Below are positions 35,803 to 43,974 of a stretch of 64,000 bases of DNA, one piece after another. Origin of the DNA: an uncultured bacterium (GTDB lineage: Bacteria; Bdellovibrionota_C; UBA2361; JANWWW01); the NCBI GenBank assembly GCA_938038205.1, contig CALHSA010000001.1:211-64210 (forward strand), in the 5' to 3' direction. The notes beneath the pieces were generated by a model. It was given only the letters and a program-made list of their open reading frames with translations, did no database searches and was not told where the DNA came from. A program made the translations under genes and the position numbers. The number at the start of each line of letters is the position of its first letter. Position 1 is the first letter of the stretch.

Positions 35803-37022
35803 GTTGATTCTGTCAAATAATTAGATTTGTAATGTTGTTCTATCCCAGACACTTCAGGTTGGATTAAGTTTGGCCAAAAACCAATGAAAAATATTACTAG
35901 AACGAAAAGATCTACACTTGATAATTTCAATTTTATTCTTGAATTACTGATTATATTTAATCCAAGCCAAGCTAAAAGAATTAAAGAGAAGGCTGAGAGG
36001 AAACATTCCCAAACTGAGCTATTGTACAGTATTGACAATAAACCTAAATCTGACCAGAAAACTAAACTAAATGGTTGTCCAATTAAAGCTAAGACACTTA
36101 TAAGCCCTGCTAATGAAATACTCTGGATTTCTCGTTGTCTAGATAGATAAATTAAATAACCTAAAAAGATACCGTGTCCCAAGAAAAAAATTGAAGATAT
36201 CTGATATGAGAGTTTTAAATCCACGTTTGCCGAAGCAAAAAATAGCGCAAGGTGCACAGCCGATGCAAAAGCGAGTTGTGACGTCAAATCCTTTGCCTTC
36301 AACACATTAAATGCTGCAAAAAACGTTGCTAATACAGAGATCGAAACAAATAAATTATTAGGTTGGTAAAAATCTCCAAATCGTACTAGGAATAATAAGG
36401 GAAGCTTTGAAAGAAGAGAACTCATGAAAACAACTGACTCCACCCTACATTCAGAGTAGGCTTGAACCTGCCAAGATGTGAAAGGAAATAAAGGGGCTTT
36501 TGCTATAATGCCTACAAAAACAAGGATTGATGCAAATTCATTAAAACCTTTTTGGTTTAAAACTACAGCGGATATTAAGGCCGAAAAACTAAAAACAGAG
36601 TATTTTAAAAATCTTAAACTAGCAAATTTTCCCTGATCTCTTGTGTAGCTAATTAAAAAAACAAAAACTGATGCGGTTTCAAATAATAATAAAAAAACAA
36701 TCGGATTGTTAGCTAATGTAGCTAGCAACGCTGAGGTTAAAGCGGCAGAGGTTTTCCAATTTATAGAGTCCTCATTTTTTAAGTAAACCCAACTAATCAA
36801 CGATATTATGGGTAAAATGCAAAGCGTAATCTTATCAAAAACGCAGTTTGATCCGAGAAAATCACTCAAAGCTTTTGTTACTAAGAGAACTGGATCTAGA
36901 ACAATTATTATTAAAAATAGCAGTACAGTTAAAACTAAAAGAGTATTTAAGAATAAAATGTTGAACCTTTGACTTATGTAGCCTAGGGAAATTACAGAGA
37001 ATAAAATCAAAAAAGCTTCCAT
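35799..37022 (-). CDS. nuoM: NADH-quinone oxidoreductase subunit M-like (diverged)
   Basis: It retains AKAPLFPF...SSLLSKLPLL and KDLTSQLAFASAVH (cf. K.P..P.H.WLP.AH...LLK, D.KrliAySSv.H). The HxWLPDAH histidines are replaced (TSWQVQAY). Confidence 0.65.
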   Translation of the reverse strand: MEAFLILFSVISLGYISQRFNILFLNTLLVLTVLLFLIIIVLDPVLLVTKALSDFLGSNCVFDKITLCILPIISLISWVYLKNEDSINWKTSAALTSALLATLANNPIVFLLLFETASVFVFLISYTRDQGKFASLRFLKYSVFSFSALISAVVLNQKGFNEFASILVFVGIIAKAPLFPFTSWQVQAYSECRVESVVFMSSLLSKLPLLFLVRFGDFYQPNNLFVSISVLATFFAAFNVLKAKDLTSQLAFASAVHLALFFASANVDLKLSYQISSIFFLGHGIFLGYLIYLSRQREIQSISLAGLISVLALIGQPFSLVFWSDLGLLSILYNSSVWECFLSAFSLILLAWLGLNIISNSRIKLKLSSVDLFVLVIFFIGFWPNLIQPEVSGIEQHYKSNYLTEST

Positions 37023-37024
37023 GA

Positions 37025-38467
37025 TTACTGAGATAAGTAAAGAAAAGTTATTAAGATTAAAACACTGATAATGAAGAGCGATTGAAAGGATGAATATGAA
37101 TACTTGCTAAAAGCGAATCCAGTCAATTTTGCAGTATCTTGAAAACTAGCTACAATTATCTCTAACGCATTGGCTGTACCTTTTGATAAGGATGAAAATA
37201 TTTTTACAATAAATTGGGCACTGTTAAGTATAAGATTCTCAAAAAGTTCAGAAATATTCCTTCTAAACATTTTAAATAAAAGTTCGTAGAAAATAACGCT
37301 TACTGAAAATAAAACGATAGACTTAACCATATTTAACTCAAATTTTGTTGAGGATAATGAGTAAATTAGAGATGTAAGAGTAAGTAAAAAAACAATTATA
37401 TTTGTGATTTTAAACGTATTCTCTGAACTACTGCTGTTAACTAATCTTCTCCAGAATGAGTATCCATAAATGTAGGTTAAAATCGTTATTGCGTCCACCA
37501 TGTATAGATCAACGTTTAACTGGGCTTTGTAGGTGCCAACCCCAAAAGAGCCAACACCAGCTAAACTGAGCGATAAAGCTATTAGCGCTATTTTCTCTAG
37601 ATTCGATTGAGATACTTTCCTTAAATCATCAAATAAGGTTGAGTGTGATTTAGTGCTTAAGTGTCCAATGTAAAGAAATGCCGCACATTTAAAAAATGCA
37701 TGTGCAAAAAACATAGAAATAAAAACATCAGGAAAACTTACCGCACTGATAACAAGCAAACTAAGATTACTGATCGTTGAATAAGCAAGCATTTCTTTAG
37801 CGTCTTTACTTATAATTGCGCTGTAAGCAGCTAATATCCCCGTTAATCCAGCTAAATAATTGATCCAACTTGGAATCATTTGATTAAATTTCCAAATTAA
37901 TATTGCTCCTGCTCCTACCATAGTGGCTGAATGTAAAAGGCTTGATACAGGAGTGGGCCCTGCCATTGCAAACTTTAGCCAAGGGAAAAAAAATACCTGA
38001 GCAGATTTTCCAAAAGCACATAAGATGATAGCCGGAGCTAATGAGTTAGTTTGAAAACTTAACAATTCTCTAATAGATACGGTTTTGTAGTTAATAAAAC
38101 TTTGAGCAATTAAAAGCAGAAATCCAATATCTGCGACTTTGTTGAATATAAGAACAAGGTTTGATTTTTTAACTGCATCATCCGTGTTGTAAAACCTTAC
38201 CAGAAAGAAAGATGAAAGCCCAAGACCCTCCCAAAAAGCGTAAGCTAAAAGCAAATTATCCATCAAAAGGAATCCAATCATGCTGAAACAAAAAATAGTT
38301 AGCCAGAAGAAGTATCTAGCTTTGTGCTCCTTTACGTAATAGTAGCTATAGACGCCAACAATCAATGATAAAGCAAGGACCAAAACAACTAAATTCAGAA
38401 TGTCTGGTGAAAAATCAAAATCAAATGTCGCTTCTATTTGTCCAAGCTTAAAAAGAGTGAGCTCCAT
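37025..38467 (-). CDS. nuoL: NADH-quinone oxidoreductase subunit L (short)
   Basis: AFWEGLGLSSFFLV and PTPVSSLLHSATMVGAGAILI match the NuoL/ND5 signatures. Confidence 0.85.
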   Translation of the reverse strand: MELTLFKLGQIEATFDFDFSPDILNLVVLVLALSLIVGVYSYYYVKEHKARYFFWLTIFCFSMIGFLLMDNLLLAYAFWEGLGLSSFFLVRFYNTDDAVKKSNLVLIFNKVADIGFLLLIAQSFINYKTVSIRELLSFQTNSLAPAIILCAFGKSAQVFFFPWLKFAMAGPTPVSSLLHSATMVGAGAILIWKFNQMIPSWINYLAGLTGILAAYSAIISKDAKEMLAYSTISNLSLLVISAVSFPDVFISMFFAHAFFKCAAFLYIGHLSTKSHSTLFDDLRKVSQSNLEKIALIALSLSLAGVGSFGVGTYKAQLNVDLYMVDAITILTYIYGYSFWRRLVNSSSSENTFKITNIIVFLLTLTSLIYSLSSTKFELNMVKSIVLFSVSVIFYELLFKMFRRNISELFENLILNSAQFIVKIFSSLSKGTANALEIIVASFQDTAKLTGFAFSKYSYSSFQSLFIISVLILITFLYLSQ

Positions 38468-38468
38468 T

Positions 38469-38723
38469 TTAGGAACTATTCTTACTCGAGGCTTTTATTT
38501 GAGCTGTTGTAAGAATTACCGTTTCAACAACTGCAACCGATAGTAAAAATAGTATTAGAAGCACGATTGAAATGCTGCCAGAGGTTGAAAAATTACAGGC
38601 AAGGACTAAAAAAACTCCGTTTAATATCAACTCTAGAGCTAGAAGAATTAGAATAGGAGATGGCTTTAGTATTATCATTGAAGCTCCTAGAGCAATGTGT
38701 AAAGAAGCTAAAAATTTAATCAT
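38469..38723 (-). CDS. nuoK: NADH-quinone oxidoreductase subunit K
   Basis: 84-aa three-TM protein with a LALELILNGV-type helix. Lies between nuoJ and nuoL. Confidence 0.7.
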   Translation of the reverse strand: MIKFLASLHIALGASMIILKPSPILILLALELILNGVFLVLACNFSTSGSISIVLLILFLLSVAVVETVILTTAQIKASSKNSS

Positions 38724-39180
38724 CTCTTGAAATAAGTAAATAACTTACAAGTATAGCATTCAATAGTACTCCTAACGATAATAGGTGATAAAGATAGTTA
38801 TTTGCTAACAAATCTCCAAGATCTTTAACGTCAAAATTGGTATTATTAAAGTTAAGCGAGCTTAACGAGTAATAAACAAATAAAAAGACTAAAAGGAAAA
38901 TAAGTAAACTTTTTAATAAACTTAAGTATGTAAATTCAATCTTCGATCCAAGTGACAAGATCATTATTGTCATTAAAATTAAAACGATAATTCCACCTGC
39001 ATAAACAGCAATTTGAACTATCCCAAGAAACGTTAACCCTTTAAGGATAAAAAGAAATCCAATTACAGTGGTATTGATAGCTAAGCCAAGAGCAGACATC
39101 AAAACATTTCTGGAGGATGCCACCATAATAGCTGACATTAAAATTGCGATATAAAGAAAATACTCTATAACCAAGCCCAT
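38716..39180 (-). CDS. nuoJ: NADH-quinone oxidoreductase subunit J
   Basis: About 150-aa five-TM protein with the segment LGIVQIAVYAGGIIVLILM (cf. NuoJ ..q.lVYvGAi.VLflF). Synteny supports the call. Confidence 0.7.
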   Translation of the reverse strand: MGLVIEYFLYIAILMSAIMVASSRNVLMSALGLAINTTVIGFLFILKGLTFLGIVQIAVYAGGIIVLILMTIMILSLGSKIEFTYLSLLKSLLIFLLVFLFVYYSLSSLNFNNTNFDVKDLGDLLANNYLYHLLSLGVLLNAILVSYLLISRDD

Positions 39181-40244
39181 TTTATTCCAATAATTAAGCC
39201 CAAGTTAATAATGGCTAGAGGGAGTAAAAACTTCCAGCATATTAACATTAGCTGATCAAATCTAAACCTAGGCAAGGTCCACCTAATCACGATCTGTATA
39301 AAGCACAAAAATACAACTTTGGACATCAGAATTAAATGCCCCAATAAAAACCCAGCAAATGTCTCAGGAATACTTATAAAGGGCAAGTGCCACCCACCTA
39401 AAAAACACAGGCTTAAGACAAGACTAAGTAGAGCTATTTCAGCAAACTCTCCAAACCAGAATAGGAGAAATTTCATACCTGAATATTCAGTAAAGTATCC
39501 TGCAACTAATTCACTTTCACTCTCTGCCAAATCAAAGGGACCTCTTTTAGTTTCCGCCATCCCTGCTACAAACATCAAGAAAAATCCTAGAGGCATTGAT
39601 AGTATTCCCCAGTACGTTTTTTGAGCATTAACGATTTCTATTAAATTAGCAGTTCCGTACCACAGGATTACTCCTAAGAAAGTTAGTCCCAACACTAACT
39701 CGTAAGATATCATCTGAGCCGAAGCTCTGAGTGAACCAAGAAAAGCAAATTTACTACCAGAGCTCCAGCCAGCTAAATTTGTGCCGTACACGGCAACTGT
39801 GGTTAGAGCAAATATGAATAAGAGATCAAATTGCGTTGATACAATATACGGTGAGATCTTTACCCCAAAAATTTCAAAGGATGGACCGAAAGGGATAAAA
39901 CCAAAACATAAAAAAATAGGAAAAGCGGCAGCAAAAGGTGCTAAATTATGTAAAATTGCTGAAACTTTTGATGGTTTGAAATCCTCTTTCGTTAGTGCTT
40001 TTATTGGGTCACAGAATAAAGTATTAATGAGTCCTAGTTTGGCAAGAACAAAAATAAATGGTTTTAATACGAATAAATATCTCGGCAGTTGAATATCCAA
40101 TCCAGCTCTATTTGCGCCAAGACGATCCTGCATTAATGCTGACACCTTTCTCTCAAACCATACATTCATAACGGTTAAGCCAAAACCTATATTTAATACA
40201 AATAGAGATAAAACAAACGTGGTTAAAAATACTTCAAATCCCAT
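39165..40244 (-). CDS. nuoH: NADH-quinone oxidoreductase subunit H
   Basis: FERKVSALMQDRLGANR, GWSSGSKFAFLGSLRASAQMISYEL, and PFDLAESESELVAGYFTEYSGMKF are classical NuoH/ND1 motifs. Confidence 0.9.
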   Translation of the reverse strand: MGFEVFLTTFVLSLFVLNIGFGLTVMNVWFERKVSALMQDRLGANRAGLDIQLPRYLFVLKPFIFVLAKLGLINTLFCDPIKALTKEDFKPSKVSAILHNLAPFAAAFPIFLCFGFIPFGPSFEIFGVKISPYIVSTQFDLLFIFALTTVAVYGTNLAGWSSGSKFAFLGSLRASAQMISYELVLGLTFLGVILWYGTANLIEIVNAQKTYWGILSMPLGFFLMFVAGMAETKRGPFDLAESESELVAGYFTEYSGMKFLLFWFGEFAEIALLSLVLSLCFLGGWHLPFISIPETFAGFLLGHLILMSKVVFLCFIQIVIRWTLPRFRFDQLMLICWKFLLPLAIINLGLIIGIKWAWL

Positions 40245-41652
40245 AGACTGAAGTAATACTATCCTTCAGTTCTAGATTTAACTGAAACTGCTCCAACAGT
40301 ATTTCAGCTTCTGATTTAAAATATGAGTAGAAGATTGGTCTTATTTCCTGAACAATTCCATCAGAGTTTATGAAATGTCCACTTTTTTCATAAACATTCT
40401 TTGTGGGAATTAAGTTAGCTGCAAATCGATTTAAAGAGTAATCACTTGTAAAAATAAAATCAAATCTCCCATCAACCTTTAAAAAACTTACCTCAAAGCT
40501 AGTAAGACCTATTAAACCAATCTTTCCAGGATCCTCATTAATTTCTAAAGATTTCTGTATTTTAATACCCAGTTTTTCAAATGTTTTCCAATTTGGAGAG
40601 TAATCTGGTTTGATAAGAATTTGCTCTAAATTAGATAAACTTCTCTCTATTTTTAAGCCATAGATAGTAACGTTGTTAAATTTTTCAGCTAATAGTTTAA
40701 ACGCTGCTATGTCTTCAAAGGTTAAAAAAGCAGATAATACCAAGGTGATTCTATCACCAGAGATTACAGCATCTTTAAAATTTTTTAAATGAGTACTATA
40801 GCTGTAACTTTGCGGGAAAAAGTTTTTTTGCCTAAATCTTTCAAATCCAAACCTTCCCTCATCACAAAGCCACTCTTTGTTAACCTCTTTGTTGTAGCGA
40901 GCTTTAATTGTAATAAATTTACCATCTCTTTCATGAACTTTGACTGAGCAGTTTTTTGAACAACCTACACAAATTGTATCTGTAGTTTTTGTAAACCATA
41001 TTCTGGAGTTAAATCGCCAATCCGAGTAAGTTAATGCTCCAACAGGGCAGAGATCTATGATTACTGCGGAAAAAGGATTATTAACCTGTCGCCCAGGGTA
41101 CACATCGATCTCTGATTTGTCGCCTCTATTAATAATTGCTAACTCAGAGGTTTTTGTAACCTCATCAAGAAATCTAACGCACCTCGAGCATAAAATACAT
41201 CTTTCTGCGTCTAAGATAATATGTTTTCCAATTTGGAAAGCCTTTTTCTTTTTTACTTTTGTTTCTAACAGTCGACTACCTTTTCTACTGTACTCGAAGT
41301 AGTAATCCTGAAGCTTGCAGTGTCCACTTTGGTCACATATTGTGCAGTCTAGAGGGTGATTTTTCAGTATAAATTCCAAATTAGCGGCTTGAGTTTCAGC
41401 TACTCTCTGGCTACTTCTATGAGTAAAAATTTCCATACCATCAGTGGCAAAAGTATTACAAGCAATTACTAGTTTAGGAGCACCTTTTAATTCTACCTGA
41501 CACATTCTGCAATTGCCTGCTATGCTTAAATCTGGATGATAGCAATAATGAGGAATTTCAATCCCGATCAGCTTTGCAGCCTCTATTATGTTGGTTCCTT
41601 TTGGGACTTGGATGGGAATGTCGTCGATCTTTATTGAAACCAGTTCAGACAT
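40234..41652 (-). CDS. nuoG: NADH-quinone oxidoreductase subunit G (C-terminally truncated relative to typical NuoG)
   Basis: N-terminal 2Fe-2S ferredoxin (HYCYHPDLSIAGNCRMCQVEL...ACNT). HPLDCTICDQSGHCKLQDY (N5). CILCSRCVRF...DLCPVGAL (N4). Followed by CVGCSKNC...EWLCDEGRFGFE. Only about 190 aa follow this. Confidence 0.9.
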   Translation of the reverse strand: MSELVSIKIDDIPIQVPKGTNIIEAAKLIGIEIPHYCYHPDLSIAGNCRMCQVELKGAPKLVIACNTFATDGMEIFTHRSSQRVAETQAANLEFILKNHPLDCTICDQSGHCKLQDYYFEYSRKGSRLLETKVKKKKAFQIGKHIILDAERCILCSRCVRFLDEVTKTSELAIINRGDKSEIDVYPGRQVNNPFSAVIIDLCPVGALTYSDWRFNSRIWFTKTTDTICVGCSKNCSVKVHERDGKFITIKARYNKEVNKEWLCDEGRFGFERFRQKNFFPQSYSYSTHLKNFKDAVISGDRITLVLSAFLTFEDIAAFKLLAEKFNNVTIYGLKIERSLSNLEQILIKPDYSPNWKTFEKLGIKIQKSLEINEDPGKIGLIGLTSFEVSFLKVDGRFDFIFTSDYSLNRFAANLIPTKNVYEKSGHFINSDGIVQEIRPIFYSYFKSEAEILLEQFQLNLELKDSITSVYGI

Positions 41653-41707
41653 TAACCCCCATTGTATTAAATTTTAGGTTTAATTACATATTACTAATTA
41701 CTAATAA

Positions 41708-42472
41708 CTATATGGTATCTAGTAGTTGCTTTTTGAACTTTTTGTAGCATGAGATTGCAATAAAGTTTGATATTAATAACCAGAGCACGCTAACGAAAAT
41801 AATCAAATAATTCGAGGTTTCGTTGAAAGCGGATCTAAAAATCAAAGCGAATGATGAAAGAGGATTAATAAATAGCAAATTTCTTAATTCCGGTGAAATT
41901 TGATAAAAGTCATAAACAATAGGTGTAAAGAAAAAAAGAGGGGTTATTGAATTAGATACCAGGTGTTGAATATCTCTAAAGAATACATTTAATATGCCAA
42001 AGGTCATATAAGCGGAATACAGCAAAATTGAAGTTAATATGATTGCAAGCAGAATAAAAAAAATATTTGGCAGTTCAAAGGTTGTAGGGAGAGTGAGAAC
42101 AAGCAAAACTAAAAATGTAATTAAAAAATGAATCGTTTGAGTAAGTACTTGAGAGCCTATAATAACATTAATGTTAATTGGGACTTTGGCGATTAAGTGT
42201 TTATTATTTAAGAGTATCCCTGATGCCTCTGATAAACTTTGTGCAACCCAGTGCCAGTAAAAGATGCTAAATGCAAACTCAATAATATCAGAGTTAGATA
42301 AAGACGTTCGAAGGATATACTTAAATGCTACGTAATATGTGATAAAAAGGATGAATGGATGGGTAAATGACCAAGCAAACCCGAGCAGGCTTGCTTTGTA
42401 TCTTGCATTTAAATTGTGCAGAGCAAGATGCCAAGCTAGACGAATATTCTTATTTAGTGAAATGTATTTCAT
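41708..42472 (-). CDS. ABC-2 type transporter permease (Wzm/TagG-like polysaccharide exporter)
   Basis: ARYKASLLGFAWSFTHPFILFITYYVAF is typical of ABC-2 permeases, and there are six predicted TM segments. The start is placed at the internal ATG (MKYISL) preceded by AGAGGA. The ORF-track start at 42499 would overlap the divergent gene. Confidence 0.75.
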   Translation of the reverse strand: MKYISLNKNIRLAWHLALHNLNARYKASLLGFAWSFTHPFILFITYYVAFKYILRTSLSNSDIIEFAFSIFYWHWVAQSLSEASGILLNNKHLIAKVPININVIIGSQVLTQTIHFLITFLVLLVLTLPTTFELPNIFFILLAIILTSILLYSAYMTFGILNVFFRDIQHLVSNSITPLFFFTPIVYDFYQISPELRNLLFINPLSSFALIFRSAFNETSNYLIIFVSVLWLLISNFIAISCYKKFKKQLLDTI

Positions 42473-42487
42473 TTTTTTATATCCTCT

Positions 42488-43081
42488 ATGATTGAGCAAA
42501 ATTATATAGCTTTGTATGCACGTATGAGAGGTTTGATCTTATTTTTGGTATTTTTTTTAGCCTGTTCAGTTCAGAGTAAAAATAAAAGTATCGAAGAGAT
42601 AATAGCTGATATTAATAAAAAGTTTGAGGCTGGATATTACTCACGTGTCCAATCAGAAGTAGAGAAAACCCTTCCAAGTTTAAGTAAGGCTAGTGTTTTT
42701 AGGAAGCAGCTTCTCGAGATTTACGCAAAAGCTTTAGAGGAGCTTGGTCAGTATGAAAAATCTGCCCAAACTTTACTTCAATTAGTAGATGAGTATCCTT
42801 TGGATGAGTCGCAAAGAGATTGGATGTTAAATGCGTGTAAAAACCTTCTAAAAACAAGATCGAGAATTGATACTGACATAACACCGGTTGAAAAAGTTGT
42901 TAAAATATTAGATGAGATAAAGCACAAATGGGGCGAGTTGAGTGAAGAAGAACATCAAATTCTACAGGAGGCTAAAAGTCAATTAAAACAGTATTATCTA
43001 AAAGTTAAAAATTTTTACGAAAGAATGAATCTTAAACAAGCTGCTGCAGTTTACATAAATAAAATAAATGAGCTCGAATGA
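42488..43081 (+). CDS. Helical (TPR-like) lipoprotein, first gene of the gsp operon
   Basis: Signal peptide plus lipobox (ILFLVFFLACS). The start may be the internal Met at 42524. The stop overlaps the gspC start (ATGA). Helical repeats resemble a small TPR/BamD-like fold. Confidence 0.55.
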   Translation: MIEQNYIALYARMRGLILFLVFFLACSVQSKNKSIEEIIADINKKFEAGYYSRVQSEVEKTLPSLSKASVFRKQLLEIYAKALEELGQYEKSAQTLLQLVDEYPLDESQRDWMLNACKNLLKTRSRIDTDITPVEKVVKILDEIKHKWGELSEEEHQILQEAKSQLKQYYLKVKNFYERMNLKQAAAVYINKINELE

Positions 43082-43974
43082 ACTTTAACGCGCCTAATCT
43101 AAGAAGTGTTGTTTTATTTTTAAGTTCGCAGAAAGTTGTAAATTTTTGTGGTAAACTTCAAAAGGCTTTAAAATTTCTTATCATTGCCCTTATTGGAATC
43201 TACTTAATACTTTCTGTGCAATCATCGATTAAAGAGGGAATAAACTTTTCAAAAAAAAAGGCGTTAGTTCAATTACCAGAACAAATTCAATTTAAATCTT
43301 CTTTTTTCAAACAGGTAAACCTTAAACAGATTGAACAACAAAAAATTTTCGGTTCACTCTCAGCGGTTACAAAATCAAAGGTTGCGGGTCCTGAGGTTAT
43401 TCAGAAACCCAAGTTTAATTTAGTAGCTACATTTAAAGGAGGAAAAAATAGTTATGCCATAATTGAGGACGGGGGTAGCAGAATTCAGGATGTTTTTGAA
43501 GAAAATGAGTCAGTGTTTGATAAAGCGAAACTTATACGTGTAAATTCGGGGAGTGTAGTAATCAGGTATCTAGATGGCTCGGAGGAAACTCTTTATATTG
43601 ACGATACGAATTTTTCATCCGCTCAGGGGCCTACTACTAAGGGAGTTGAAACGGTTCAGAGAATTGCAGTTAGCAGAGTAACAATTCAAGAATTGACCTC
43701 TGATCTTGCCTCGCTCGCTTCTCAGGCTAGAATAATTCCTTTTTTCCAGGATGGCAAACCTGTAGGCCTTAGAATATTTGGTATTTCTTCAGGAAGCATT
43801 TTTCAGATTTTAGGATTAGAAAATGGAGATATCATAAAATCTGTTGAAGGTTACTCTCTTTTAAATCCTGAAGATGTAAGTAATCTAGTGCAACAACTTA
43901 GAGAAAAGTCTAGAATTAGTGTAATTGTAGAGAGAAATAGGCAGAATGTTGAGATTATTTACGACATTAGTTAG
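43078..43974 (+). CDS. gspC: Type II secretion system protein C (GspC)
   Basis: N-terminal TM helix. HR-like domain: FNLVATFKGGKNSYAIIEDGGSRIQDVFEENESVFDKAKLIRVNSGSVVIRYLDGSEETLYI. C-terminal PDZ: GLRIFGISSGSIFQILGLENGDIIKSVEG. Confidence 0.75.
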   Translation: MNFNAPNLRSVVLFLSSQKVVNFCGKLQKALKFLIIALIGIYLILSVQSSIKEGINFSKKKALVQLPEQIQFKSSFFKQVNLKQIEQQKIFGSLSAVTKSKVAGPEVIQKPKFNLVATFKGGKNSYAIIEDGGSRIQDVFEENESVFDKAKLIRVNSGSVVIRYLDGSEETLYIDDTNFSSAQGPTTKGVETVQRIAVSRVTIQELTSDLASLASQARIIPFFQDGKPVGLRIFGISSGSIFQILGLENGDIIKSVEGYSLLNPEDVSNLVQQLREKSRISVIVERNRQNVEIIYDIS

